From Saprospira grandis (GTDB taxonomy: Bacteria > Bacteroidota > Bacteroidia > Chitinophagales > Saprospiraceae), in assembly GCF_027594745.1 (NCBI RefSeq), contig NZ_CP110854.1:988241-1052240 (forward strand): a DNA stretch of 64,000 nucleotides, written 5' to 3'. The translations under genes and the position numbers were made by a program. Shown here piece by piece: positions 27,098-38,900 of the stretch (positions within the stretch are counted from its first letter, which is position 1; each line of letters opens with the position of its first letter). Under the pieces are notes generated by a model, which had not been told where the DNA came from, ran no database searches, and saw only the letters and a program-made list of their open reading frames with translations.

Positions 27098-29875
27098 ATG
27101 CGACCATTAAAATTTATTTGGCTGAGCATCAGCCTACTGTTTCTTTTAGCCGCTTGTAAGACCAAAGATGGCGCCACCACAGGGCTGGGCAAGGCCTACC
27201 ATAATGTAACTGGCCGCTACAATGCCTATTATAATGCAGGCCTCTTGGTCGATGAAAGTTTTAAGAGCTTGAATCAGGCACATCGAGACAACTACAATCA
27301 GTTGCTGGCCCTTTATCCCTATGCCGCAGCAGAATCGGGGCAGGCGGTTTCTCCAGCCTTAGATAATGCCATTAAGAAATGCGCCATCAATATTGAGCTA
27401 CACCGCCCTAGCCATTGGGTAGATGATAGCTATTTTTTGATTGGGCAGTCAGAGTTTTTGAAGCAAGAATATGAGAAATCTGCGGAGACCTTTAAGTACA
27501 TTGTAGACAAATACAATCCCGATAAGTCTCTATCTGCCATGACGCCTGATGAGCGCAAAGCTTATAAGAAAAAAGAGAGGGCAAAAAAGAAGAAAAAGAA
27601 AAAGCGGAGAAAAAAACGTCGTCGGAAGAAGCGCAGAAAAAAGCGCTCGAAGAAGAAAAAGAGCAGTAAAAAGACAGAGAAAAAAGCTGCGGAGGAAGAA
27701 GATATTAGTGAGTTAGACCCTCCCTCCTATTTCCTCAAGCATCCGCCAGTACGTTATGAGGCCATGCTTTGGTTGGCCAAAAGTTATGTAGAATTGGGCC
27801 GTCATGATGAGGCCGGGACCTACCTTCGTTTGTTATTGGAAGACGGTCGGGTGCGCCGCAAAATCAAGGCTGAGGCCCATGCCGTTTTGGCCCATAGTTG
27901 GTTGATGCGCAAAGAATACGAAAAGGCGATTCTAGACTTGGAACAAGCCATAGAACTAACCAGAGGCAAGCGAAAAAAGAACCGCTATGTCTATGTTTTG
28001 GCGCAGCTTTATGAGCAGCAGGGGCAAAGTAAACTGGCCATGGATACCTATAAGCGGGTGCTTCGGTTGCGCCCCAAATATGAGATGGAATTTAATGCTC
28101 GTTTGAAAAGAGCGACCAATGCCGCTTCGGTAGAAGACCGAAAATTCAATCCAGAATACGCCCTTAAGCGTATGCTGAGAGAAGGCAAAAATGCCGAATA
28201 CAAGGACCAGATTTACTTTGCTTTGGCCCAGGTACAATTTAGAGCTGGCAGTGAAGAAAATGGTATCTTGGCTTTAAAGCAAGCTATGGCCAACAGTCCA
28301 GAAGGTAGTTTCCAAAGAGCAGAAGCTGCCTATATGTTGGCAGAACTATACTACAAGCGCAAGGAATATATTCCAGCCTACAACTACTACGACACCACCA
28401 GCAGAAGCATGCAAAAGGCCGATGAACGTCTGGCCGCAGTAACTGCCCGAACGCAGCAGCTTAAGGACTTGGCGACTAATATGCAAACCTATGAGCTCAA
28501 AGATAGCTTATTGATGGTGAGCAATTGGCCCTATGAAAAGCAGCGGGAATGGGTGCAGCAAGAGCGTAAAGAAGAACTAGAAGCAGCCAATGCCAGCCAG
28601 GACAAAAAACCTGTGGCGGGGCCTTCCGTCATCAATGCCAATAAAATGGCAAAATCTAATTTTGCGCTTTACAATGCCAGCCAGCTCAAGCGTGGTGAGC
28701 GCGACTTTAAGAAGCGTTGGGGAGATCGTCCTTGGGCCGACAACTGGCGGCGCAGCAGTGGCGATGGCTTTGATACAGAAGGGCCAGATTTTGCTAGCAA
28801 TGAGTTGCCGCCCGTTACTGAGCAAGATGTGAGTAATTTCCTCAAAAAATCGGGCGTCCCTGCAGATGAGGCCAGCAAAAAGGCCGCAGAAAAAGAGCTC
28901 AGAGATGCCCTATTTATGGTGGCGACCCTTTACTATGAGCGTTTGGGAGAAAATCAGTTGTCGCTTAATAAATTTAAGGAGCTGCAGGAGCGTTTTCCAG
29001 GACATCCTAGAGAACTAGAGGCCTTATTTAGCATGTACAACATTGCGGGTGCAACTGGCCAAACGGCCCTAGCAGCAGAATGTAAGCGGCGGATTTTGGA
29101 CCAATATGCCGATTCCGATATTGCCAAATCATTGCAAGACCCCAATTTCCTCAATGCCAAAGAGAAAGAACTCAAGGCCATCAATGCAGACTATGAGCGG
29201 ATTTATGCCATGATTCGGGCAGGAAAATCAGAAGCGGCCTATGCTGATCTAGAAAAAGTGGCTAAAAAATATGGGGCCAATAATCCCCTAAAAGCTCGTT
29301 TTGCCTTATTGGGCGCCATTTGCCAAGGCGGTATGCAGGGACAAAAGGCCTATGTACAAGCCCTGCGAGCAGTGGTCACTAGCTTTCCCAATACAGATGA
29401 AGAGAAAAAGGCCAAAGAAATGATTGCCATTTTGACCGGAGAAGAGGTTAAAGGCAGCGGAAAGAAGCCCATTGCTGCTGGAGAAACCGATGAAGAGCTC
29501 AACAAAATCTTTGAGAATGATTTGGCTCAGGGCCACTACATCCTCATTAGTTTTGACAATCCCTCGGCCAAGGTCAATAGCTTTAAGGGAGCAATAAGCA
29601 ACTACAATAAAAAATATTATAGCCTGCTTCGTTTGAATGTATCGAGCCTGATGTTGGACGGCAAATTTCCCACCCTTATTGTTCGTAAGTTCAAAACGGG
29701 TAAAGAGGCCCAAGAATACTATAAAACCGTAGAAGGAAACAAAGAGTTTTTGGGCGAAGATGCACCAGCGCATCAGGTCTATTTTATTGGTCAGAATAAC
29801 TACCGCACCATTTTGCAAAAGCGCAATTTTGCCGATTACAAGCGCTTTTTTGCGCAAACCTATCAGAATAACTAG
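27098..29875 (+). CDS. TPR-repeat lipoprotein with an extreme polybasic tract of about 40 aa; possibly SprE/PorW-like
   Basis: A lipoprotein signal is present (LLFLLAAC), with multiple TPR-like helical repeats. The low-complexity stretch is KKKERAKKKKKKKRRKKRRRKKRRKKRSKKKKSSKK. The assignment to the gliding/T9SS SprE family is tentative. Confidence 0.7.
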   Translation: MRPLKFIWLSISLLFLLAACKTKDGATTGLGKAYHNVTGRYNAYYNAGLLVDESFKSLNQAHRDNYNQLLALYPYAAAESGQAVSPALDNAIKKCAINIELHRPSHWVDDSYFLIGQSEFLKQEYEKSAETFKYIVDKYNPDKSLSAMTPDERKAYKKKERAKKKKKKKRRKKRRRKKRRKKRSKKKKSSKKTEKKAAEEEDISELDPPSYFLKHPPVRYEAMLWLAKSYVELGRHDEAGTYLRLLLEDGRVRRKIKAEAHAVLAHSWLMRKEYEKAILDLEQAIELTRGKRKKNRYVYVLAQLYEQQGQSKLAMDTYKRVLRLRPKYEMEFNARLKRATNAASVEDRKFNPEYALKRMLREGKNAEYKDQIYFALAQVQFRAGSEENGILALKQAMANSPEGSFQRAEAAYMLAELYYKRKEYIPAYNYYDTTSRSMQKADERLAAVTARTQQLKDLATNMQTYELKDSLLMVSNWPYEKQREWVQQERKEELEAANASQDKKPVAGPSVINANKMAKSNFALYNASQLKRGERDFKKRWGDRPWADNWRRSSGDGFDTEGPDFASNELPPVTEQDVSNFLKKSGVPADEASKKAAEKELRDALFMVATLYYERLGENQLSLNKFKELQERFPGHPRELEALFSMYNIAGATGQTALAAECKRRILDQYADSDIAKSLQDPNFLNAKEKELKAINADYERIYAMIRAGKSEAAYADLEKVAKKYGANNPLKARFALLGAICQGGMQGQKAYVQALRAVVTSFPNTDEEKKAKEMIAILTGEEVKGSGKKPIAAGETDEELNKIFENDLAQGHYILISFDNPSAKVNSFKGAISNYNKKYYSLLRLNVSSLMLDGKFPTLIVRKFKTGKEAQEYYKTVEGNKEFLGEDAPAHQVYFIGQNNYRTILQKRNFADYKRFFAQTYQNN

Positions 29876-29894
29876 AAGTCTTCTAGTTAAGGAT

Positions 29895-29932
29895 AAAAAA
29901 GCTTGTCGAACGAATCGACAAGCTTTTTTTTG
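29895..29932 (+). terminator. Rho-independent terminator
   Basis: The hairpin aagcttgtcga-acgaa-tcgacaagctt is followed by a T8 run. Confidence 0.7.
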
Positions 29933-30091
29933 TGCCAAAAATGGCAACATCTAGACAACTAAAACTAGCGTAATTGGCCAAAACGCTAGACCCTTTACAT
30001 TTTTTATGATAAGTAGTATTTTAGTCTACATTCCATATAAATCAGCGAATAGCTAAAGATTGATTAAATTGGCTAGCTCAAGCCTTATCCT

Positions 30092-32317
30092 ATGAAAAAG
30101 TATTTACTCTTTATTTATTTACTAGCGCTCCCCTACTTTGGGTATAGCCAACAAGCTACTCTAGACAGTTTAAGGACCATAAAAGCTGAACAGCTCTCTA
30201 CGGAAGCTAGATACAGCTACTACAAAGAACTGGGCCGACAGGCGGAGAAGCTCAGACAATTTGAGGAAGCCTTTTCGGCTTATGAGCAAGGAGAGCATTT
30301 AGCTAAAAAAAAGGAAAACTGGAGTGAGCTGGTCGGCTTTATCTCTTTAAGGGGACAACTACTTTTGGACCGAGAGCAGCTATTGGCCGCCATGCAAGCC
30401 TTTGAGGAAGCCATTAGCTTGATGCGGGATAAAGTCAGTCAGGAAGAAATCAACAACTACATTTACATTGACATTGGCAACCTCTACTACAAGCGGGGCT
30501 ATGGAGAAGAGGCCCAAAAGTACTATCAGTATGCTTTGGCAGGTTTTGAGCGGCAAAAAGATGTGAGTGGAATCAGCTTAGCTTATCGGAATTTGGCCTT
30601 AATCTATAAGCGTCTAAAGATGGCTGACTCCATGTTTGCGGTTTTAGACAAATCGGCTCCCTATATACAAGAGGACCAACTACTGGAACAATTTAATCTT
30701 TTGACCTACTACGGTTTTGCTCATCATTTAGAAAAAGCCTATGGTAAGGCCGTAGATTATGCAAAACGGGCTTTAGTTTTGGCCCAAGAGCGTGCTGCGC
30801 AACTCGGTCCACAAATTGGTTTGGCCCATTTGAACCTAGCCGTTTATTTAGAGCGAGACAGCAACTACCTAGCTTCGGTAGCACATTATGACAGTGCCTT
30901 AGTTTATCTTCCGATTAAAGACTTTATTCTGATCAATAAAGCTAGTGCTTTATTGCGGGCAGAAAAGACAAGTAGCGCCATGCAGATTATTCAGCGCTTA
31001 GATCAGGAAGAGCGTTTGCAGGCCATGCAAGAAAATGAGAGACGTAAGGCTTGGGAAGTTTTCATACGAGCCTATGAAGCCAACAAGCAGCCTCAGCAAG
31101 CTCTGTTTTATGCTAAAGTTTATAATCAGTACCTTCAGGACAGGAAGCAGGCGCCCAACATGCTTCGGGAGTTAGAAATTGGGCAGGCGGCCATTAGCTT
31201 AAAAAAGGATATAGAGTTGCGAGAGCAGGAAGCCGAGCTGCGTTATGAGCAGGCATTAAGAGAAGAAAAAGAGGCGTATAATCGGCTGTATTTATCAGCT
31301 TTAGTGGCCTTGTTGCTTTTATTATCTTTCTTATTTTGGCTCTATAAGCAATTGGCCAAAAACAGGAGTTTGCTTAGGGAGAGCTATGCGCAGTTGCAGC
31401 AATACAGCAAAAACCAAGATCAGCTCTATGCTATTTTGGCCCATGACCTGCGGCGGCCCTTTGGGCAGCTATTGCAGGCTAACCAAAGTTTGGCCCAGGC
31501 GGTGGTGGGCAGCCGTTGGCAAAAATGGGGGCAGCAGGCGGAAGAATCGGCCCAGAACCTCTACTATCTTTTTGAGGAACTTCTAGCTTGGATCAAGCAG
31601 CAACAGGGGGGAATTCGGCCACAGCTACAGCTCCACAAATGGGAGCAATTGCAAGCTGACCTTTTGGCCCCACTTCAGTTGCAGCTGGCCGACAAGCAAA
31701 TCAGCTTAGTGGTCCAAGCGCCTCCTCAGGCCGAAATTTATACCGATGCTTACCTTTTGCAAACCATCTTGCGCAACCTGATGAGCAATGCCATCCGCTT
31801 TAGTCCAGAAAAAGGCCAAATTCATTTAAGATTGCAAGCAAAAGAAAATGGCTTTTGCTTAGCCATCCAAGATAAGGGCGAGGGATTGAGTGAGCAAGCT
31901 TTGGAACAACTCTTTGAGCAGCAATTGAGTGGAAACAACGGCTTGGGCTTATCTTTGGTCCAGGGTTTTGTGCAGCTTTTGGATGGAAAAATTAGTGCGG
32001 AGAACCAAAATGGGCTCTTGATTTCCATCTTTTTGCCCCAAGAAGAAATGGGGACTTTTGCGGCCCAGCAGAGCAAGCAGCAACAATTTGGGCAGGCCCC
32101 TTCGATGCAGCAACTAACCGCTGCTCCTGAGCTTCTCCAGGAGTTGGAGGCGCTCAATGCCTATGAAGTGGGTCGACTTTACCAACTTCGGCAAGAGCAG
32201 GCTGCAGATGGCCCCATTTATCAGGCCCTAAACAGATTGTTGCAGTTGCAGTATCAGGCTAAAACCGCCGACTTTGAGACCGAAAAGCAGCAGTTAATTG
32301 CTAGATTAGTGGCTTAG
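30092..32317 (+). CDS. Sensor histidine kinase with an N-terminal TPR-like periplasmic region
   Basis: A signal peptide and a TM helix (LSALVALLLLLSFLFWLY) are present. The H-box is ILAHDLRRPFGQ, and the HATPase_c N and G boxes are LMSNAIRFSP; DKGEGL; GLGLSLV. Confidence 0.85.
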   Translation: MKKYLLFIYLLALPYFGYSQQATLDSLRTIKAEQLSTEARYSYYKELGRQAEKLRQFEEAFSAYEQGEHLAKKKENWSELVGFISLRGQLLLDREQLLAAMQAFEEAISLMRDKVSQEEINNYIYIDIGNLYYKRGYGEEAQKYYQYALAGFERQKDVSGISLAYRNLALIYKRLKMADSMFAVLDKSAPYIQEDQLLEQFNLLTYYGFAHHLEKAYGKAVDYAKRALVLAQERAAQLGPQIGLAHLNLAVYLERDSNYLASVAHYDSALVYLPIKDFILINKASALLRAEKTSSAMQIIQRLDQEERLQAMQENERRKAWEVFIRAYEANKQPQQALFYAKVYNQYLQDRKQAPNMLRELEIGQAAISLKKDIELREQEAELRYEQALREEKEAYNRLYLSALVALLLLLSFLFWLYKQLAKNRSLLRESYAQLQQYSKNQDQLYAILAHDLRRPFGQLLQANQSLAQAVVGSRWQKWGQQAEESAQNLYYLFEELLAWIKQQQGGIRPQLQLHKWEQLQADLLAPLQLQLADKQISLVVQAPPQAEIYTDAYLLQTILRNLMSNAIRFSPEKGQIHLRLQAKENGFCLAIQDKGEGLSEQALEQLFEQQLSGNNGLGLSLVQGFVQLLDGKISAENQNGLLISIFLPQEEMGTFAAQQSKQQQFGQAPSMQQLTAAPELLQELEALNAYEVGRLYQLRQEQAADGPIYQALNRLLQLQYQAKTADFETEKQQLIARLVA

Positions 32318-32355
32318 GCTATTTTTCCCCTCATCAAATCAGAACATCATCTAAA

Positions 32356-33216
32356 ATGTATAAAATTCTCCTCGTAGACGATCAGCCACAATATATTGAG
32401 CAGGTATTACAGGCCCTGCATCCTCGGGCACAAGATTACCAACTCCTTTTTGCCAACAATGGGCAAAGAGCTTTGGACCTTTTAAAAGAACTAGCCGTAG
32501 ATCTCATTTTATTGGATTGGGATATGCCCGTACTCAATGGATTAGAAACCCTAAAGGTTTTAAAATCAACAGAGGGGCTGATGGATATTCCAGTAATTAT
32601 GCATACTGGGGTGCATACGGCCAGCAAAGACCTACAACAGGCATTTGAATTGGGCGCCATAGATTTTCTGCGCAAACCGGTAGATGCGACAGAACTGTTG
32701 GCCCGTTTGGAAAATGTTTTGAGTCGACAGGCCTATATGCAAGAAACCCTTAGACTAGAGAGTGAAAAAGCAGATTTATGCTTGGAGTTAAAGCAAAAAG
32801 AGCTCTTGCTTTATGCGATCTGGCTAGAAGAAAAGAATGGGTTTTTGAAAAAATTTGAGCGGGAGTTGGGCGAATTTGTGCAAGAGCAAGCCCATGCAGA
32901 AGTTCGGAAGCGGGGACAGCTCCTTCTTCGTCAGTTACAACAAGAGATACAGGCCAAGAGCCAATGGGAGGGACTAAGAAATAAGGTCAATAAAACCTAT
33001 GAGGATTTTTTGCGGCAGTTTGAGGAGAAGCATCCACAGCTTTCTGTTGGGGACCTGAAGTTGGCGGCCTTGATTCGGGTGAAGTCGCCCAACCAAGAGA
33101 TTGCGGATAGTTTGCATATTGCGCTAGACTCGGTGAGTAAGAAGAAGCTGCGTTTGCGGAACAAGCTGGGGTTTTCCTCTTCTGCAGATTTGGAGCAGTA
33201 CATTCTTGATTTTTAG
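32356..33216 (+). CDS. Response regulator with a receiver domain, a coiled-coil linker and a LuxR-type HTH
   Basis: The receiver motifs ILLVDDQP ... DLILLDWDMPVLNG are present. The C-terminal HTH is SPNQEIADSLHIALDSVSKKKLRLRNKLG. Confidence 0.8.
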   Translation: MYKILLVDDQPQYIEQVLQALHPRAQDYQLLFANNGQRALDLLKELAVDLILLDWDMPVLNGLETLKVLKSTEGLMDIPVIMHTGVHTASKDLQQAFELGAIDFLRKPVDATELLARLENVLSRQAYMQETLRLESEKADLCLELKQKELLLYAIWLEEKNGFLKKFERELGEFVQEQAHAEVRKRGQLLLRQLQQEIQAKSQWEGLRNKVNKTYEDFLRQFEEKHPQLSVGDLKLAALIRVKSPNQEIADSLHIALDSVSKKKLRLRNKLGFSSSADLEQYILDF

Positions 33217-33229
33217 CCCAAGCGCCCCC

Positions 33230-33500
33230 CTGAGGGATTCCTTAGGGAATCCCGAGGAGGGGTGGGTGGGCGGGGACCTATTGACGGATGAGGAGCGAAG
33301 CGACGAATGCCGCTTTTGGGGAGGACTGGCGGCCGAAGATGGATCTGTTGAGCTAGGCCAGTTGTTGAGCGGCCCAGCGCTGCGGCGGGGTGGCCGGCAG
33401 GCCAGACCGAGTTTTTGAGCGCAGCGAAAAAACGAAGGGCCGAGCGAATAGCGAGCCCCAAAGCATAGCGGCGGCCAGCGAAGCTGGCCGCGGGCCCCAA
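33230..33500. repeat. GC-rich composite intergenic hairpin repeat
   Basis: Contains ccctgagggattccttagggaatcccgagg, ggtggccggcaggccagaccgag and gggccgagcgaatagcgagcc ... ggccccaag. Confidence 0.7.
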
Positions 33501-33577
33501 GAAAAACAAAAAACCACTCCCTAAAATAGGAAGTGGTTCGATAAAGCACCTGAGAGGTGGCTATCAGCTATAATTTA

Positions 33578-35654
33578 TTACTGTTTGACCACAGTAAGCT
33601 GAATTTGTTCATTGGCTTGTTGGAGCTGCAAAATGTAGGTTCCTGCGGGTAAATCGGCCATAGAAAGGCTAGCTAAGCGGCCGCCCATTTGCTCTTCTTG
33701 CAAAACTAACTGGCCCATCAAATTGTAGAGACGAAGCTGTAGGGGCTGCTGCTCTAAATCAGAGAGATCAATATAGACCTCATTATGGCTTGGATTGGGG
33801 TAAACCTTTAGTTGGCTCCAGCTATAGCTAGTTCCGCCCGCGCCAAAAAGGGCAAGGCTGTCGCCAGGGCAAAGCTGGTTGGGATTAGACAAACTCAAGT
33901 CAGGAGCAATACTTACTGCAGGTAGTGCAAAAACATCTACAAAAATACTGGCCGTATTCTCGCAGCCATTAGCATCGGTGGCTGTTACGGTATAACTTTG
34001 AGCTGATTGAGGCGTAAAAGATTGACCATCTACTACCCCATTGTCCCAACTATAACTACTCGCTCCGCTAGCGCTGAGGATCATGCTTTCTCCAAAGCAA
34101 ATGCCATTATTGGCTGGCCCATGTAGCTGAACTTGAGGTAAGCTATTCACCACAATAGTTGTTGTGGCCGTATCGCGGCAACCATTGGCATCGGTACCAA
34201 TAACCGTATAATCATCGGTGCTGTCTGGCGCAAAGTTTTGCCCATTGGCCAAGCCCTGCGGCCAGCTGTAAGTCAAAGAAGTAGGCGCCTGAATCTGTAC
34301 AGAGTCTCCAGCACAAATTGCAGAAGCAGAAGGCTGCAAACTGACATTAGGCAGACTGTAAACGCTTAGCCATAGACTATCGCTAGCGCTACAGTTGCTG
34401 CTGTTATCTGTAGCCACCACCGTATAATAAGCCGATTGAGCAGGCTGAAAAGGCTGTGCATTTTGTACGCTATTGTTCCAAAGGTAACTGTCTGCCCCAG
34501 AAGCCGTCAAACTAACCGACTCCCCCAGACAAACTGCCGTATCAGAGGCAGCTAACTGAATAGTTGGAGCCGCATTAATTGTAATCTGAATACTGTCCAC
34601 ATCCTTACAGCCCAAAGCATCGGTAGCCGTTACCTTATAATAAGCCGACTGGCTAGGCACAAATGCCATCCCATTGCTCTGCCCAGAACTCCACTGATAA
34701 CTACTCACTACATCAAAACTGCGACATTCTGCCTCTAAAATCAAACTATCCCCAGCACAAAGCGCTGTGGCCGAGCTGTTGATCTGAACAATCTGAAGCG
34801 GGTTATTCGTAAAGTGTATAACTACTTGATTAGACATCTGCCCTCTATATCTTGGCGCTCCATCTACCCAAACCGCAGTGCTGTCTGCATTCTCAAATTG
34901 ACTATTAGCCAAGGGGGTAGTCGGCGAAATATCATGTACAGAATTCCCCTGCCCCTCTTCAAAGTTGTAAAAGTAAGCCAAATCCGTATCTGTAGAGTCT
35001 GTTCCATTGGCCATATCATCCTGAATCTCGGCCAAACTCAACGGGCGAGACCAAAAACTGAGCTCGTCTATACCCACTCCTAAATGTCCCTGACGACTGC
35101 CGTTTACCCAACCATGTCCAATAAAACAAGTATCCAAACCCGTCTCTAAGGCCGGAATTACCTTGCTCGCATCCAAAATCCCATCAATGTAAATATTCAC
35201 TTCATTGGTGAAAGGTATTGATATACCCAAAATTAGGCCCTGTTGGAGTAATCTTTATCCAGCCCATCAAACTAAAATCTCCAGAACTAATGTCAGGATT
35301 TGGGTGGATCTCGATCGCATCATCCATCTCATCCAACTCTACGCCTATGCCCGGCGCTACCGCATCTACATAAAAACTGTCCGTCCGATAAGGAAAAACC
35401 GTAAACTGTATGGCAGACCCTGTTCCCTGTACCGGCCCATCCATCACCGCATCATTGGTCGCAGAACGCAAATAATAAGCGGTCTTTATCTGAGAATTGG
35501 CCAAAGTAACCGTAACCGACTGACCCGATCCACATGCAACACTGTCACTAGCCGTAATCACATAAGGAGTAATCGGCGCCCCGCCTATCTGTTGGCTCCA
35601 AGCTACGCTCCCCCCCAAAAGGAAAAGGAGCAGTGGGTAAAAATAATTTTTCAT
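33578..35654 (-). pseudogene. T9SS-secreted repeat protein (LamG-like domain plus Cys-containing beta repeats plus T9SS C-terminal domain), frameshifted
   Basis: Two ORFs (35202..35681 and 33578..35230) overlap in different frames and together form one protein. The LamG-like domain spans the junction (..FSLMGWIKITPTGPNFGY | ISIPFTNEVNIYIDG..). The C-terminal ...VYPNPSHNEVYIDL...TVVKQ is a T9SS CTD. Confidence 0.65.
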
Positions 35655-35799
35655 AGCTAATCTATTTTGATGAAATAACAACGTACTTCAAGTACCCTAC
35701 AAAGAAGCCACATAAACCACACATCCTCCTCATTTTCAACTAGACCCCAAGCGGACCACAAAGAGACATCCAGCGGACATGCCTGTTTTTTTAGCTGTT

Positions 35800-35936
35800 T
35801 TTTTGGGGCCTCCGCTGCGGCCTAAAGGCCTTGCGGCGCTACGTTTCGCAGCTCGCTGTTCGCTCGGCCCTTCGGCGGCTTCGCCGCCTCGGTCTGGCCT
35901 GCGGCCACTGCTGCACATCGCTAGGCCAAATAAAAA
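35800..35936. repeat. GC-rich composite intergenic hairpin repeat
   Basis: Contains ttttggggcctccgctgcggcc, gcgctacgtttcgcagctcgctgttcgctcggccc and ctgctgcacatcgctaggcc. Confidence 0.7.
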
Positions 35937-35987
35937 GAGACTACTGGCCTTGGCCAGTAGTCTCGCGCATAGCTAGTTGTTGTCCAA

Positions 35988-38900
35988 CTATTTTATGATG
36001 ACTCGCTTGCTGATTTGCTCATTCAATCGAAGCAAATACATGCCCGCAGCTAGATTCGGGATATGCAACTGCAATTGCTGCTCTCCCCCCATTTTCTGAT
36101 CAAAGATTTTACGCCCCAAGCCATCAAAAAGCTCCAAACGATAAATCCCCGCACTAAACTGCAAGTTAAACTGCCCATTATTTGGATTGGGAAATAACTG
36201 CAAGTCTGCCAAAGCTAAATGCTCTACCGATACAGGCGGCTCGTTCACGGTAGCGGTCGTGATCAACTCACAACCATTGCCGTCCGTAATGGTCAAAGTA
36301 TAATTTCCAGCCGAAAGATTAGTCAAGCTGTCGCCAGAGGTCCCATTGGGCCAACTATACTGATAAGGTGGCGTTCCACCAGTCAAATTAGCCGCTCCAA
36401 TACTCCCGTTCTCACAAGCAAAACAAGGCGCATCAATTATAGTGAGGTTCACCACCAAAGGATCTGGCGAATAGACTTCAATAGAAGCCGTGTCCGTACA
36501 ACCCTCAAAGTCGGTTACCGTCACCTGATAGTTGCCCGCAGCCAAATTACTTACTGTATCAAAGCCAATACCCGTTACGCCATTAGACCAACTAGAAGCA
36601 TAACTAGAGTCTTGCCAGCCCCCAGAGGTAGCCAAATAGAGTACGCCATCACTGCTGTTATGACAGCTTGTTCCCGAAGCACTAAGCAAAACAGCAACCA
36701 AATCACTACCCGGCTGTCTAATCTCGGCAAGGTTTACCTGAGGACATCCATTGGCATCGGTCACCGTTACATAATAACTTCCTGCCGCTAGATTGTTCAC
36801 TGCAGAGTCTGCAGTTGCACTAGCATCATCCCAAAGGTAGCTGTAGGGCGGAGTTCCACCATAAGCAGAAGCAAGCGCACTACCATCGCTGTCATTTCTA
36901 CAAGTTACATGATCCACACTGATATTCGTACCATAAAAAGGTGGATGGCTGATGCCTACGCTATCCATGTTTTCACAGCCATTGGCATCGGTTACTGTGA
37001 CCATATAGCTAAGTGGAGCTAGGTTGTTTACAGCTGCTGTAGTCTCTCCATTAGACCAAAGAAAACTGTAGCCCGCAGTTCCACCACTAGCCGATACAAC
37101 GGCCTGCCCATCCTGACTGCTAAAACAGCTGGTCATTGTAGCCGTAAAACTCAATTCAATGCTGTCTGGCTGAAGCACACTATCCTGAACCACCAACTCA
37201 CAAGCCTGGGCATCAGTAATGGTCAAGCTATATACACCAGCTGCTAGGTTGCTCACATTGGCCGTAGCCGCAGAAGAAGACCAAGCAAAACTATAAGGAG
37301 CAGTGCCCCCAAAAGCTTGAGCCGCCAAAGATCCATCAGTAGCCCCAAAACAACTCGCCATCTGGCTGCTCGTCAAGGCCGAAACAGCCGAGTCTGGCTC
37401 CGAAATATAGAGACTGTCAAAAGCCTGACAACCATTATCATCCGTTAAGGTCAACATATAGCTGCCCGCACTCAAATTTGTCGCAGTAGCCGTCGTCTGA
37501 TTATCCGACCAAAGATAATTAAATGGAGCCGTACCCCCTTCTACTACCGTAGCCGCAATGCTACCATCTGCCCCAGCTTTACAAGATACATCCGTCAACT
37601 GATAGTCTAAAACCATCCGACAATTTACATATTTGGCAATAGCTGATGTCGTCTGAGGCGCTGTACTGCTCAAACTAAATGTATTTGGCCCTAAATCAAA
37701 ATCATTGGTAGGAAAGGCTGGAATAGAAGATACATACGATCCTGCAAACAAAATGACATCCTCAGAAGCTGCGTAAAATTGACCAAATGGATTAGCCAAC
37801 ACATGATGAAATAGGAGTTGCCCTAAGCTGTCATAACGCGCAACAACAACACCATAGGTACCAAAACCAGGCGTTACCTGTGTCGAAAAGGTATCGCTAA
37901 TCGCCAAATCCATGCTGTTCTCAAAACTATAACCAATATAGGATCCCCCCTGATGGTCCTTGACCATGTATTCTAAAAATCCATTGTGCTCCTTACCAAA
38001 ACGAAAACTCGCATCATGCCGATAAGCTACCGTAAAGTATTGTAACCCATTGGGCGCATTGCCTACACTTACATTAAAGGTATCAGTGCCCACTAAACCA
38101 AAGGCTACTCCAGCCTGTGTCTGCCCATTAATCTCTCCACTCAATATAAGCCCCTCTGCTGTAGCCAAAGCCCCTCTAAAACGAGCCGTAGCAACAGAAG
38201 GATCCAATTGAGGCATCATCTTCACCCAATCTAAAGTCTTTGCAGGACTGTAACGAGCCAAAAAGTTAGCATAGTCATAGGCCGGATAAAGATGGGCCGT
38301 GTCACTAGATGGATCAAAATCTGGACTAGACGGAAAGGTCGGACGACCATCTACCGTTCCCGCCAAATAAATCTTAGACTCATGAATGGCTAAGGCCGCA
38401 ATCTCTGCCCCATCATTCTCTAAACTAAAAGCCCACTGAAATTGCCCCGAAGGATTCAACTTGGCCAAATAACCATAGTTCTCAGTGGTCGCACTCACGG
38501 GCGGAAATGTACTGCCCGGCGTAAATGGAGCCGAGTATAAATCTGTTCCAGCCCCCGGATCCAAATCAATGTCCCCAAAAAAGTTTCCAGCAACATAGAC
38601 ATCACCAAATTCATCAAAGGCAATGCCTCTAATTCCTAATAAGGTACTGCCCGCAGCAGAAGGCGCCTGAATGTATTCCGGATACAAATGCCCCCAAGCT
38701 AAACTCCCATCTGTATTGTACTTGACCAAAAATGAAGTCTCATTAAAAGCCCCCCGATTCGCATCCTCATACAAAGCATAACCCTCTAGGTTCTGTACAG
38801 CCGCCGTCGGATCAATGTCTACCGTGTCACTCAAGCCTCCAGCTAGATAAATCTCCCCAACTGCAGATACCTGAAATATAATAGGAGAATATAAGGTAGC

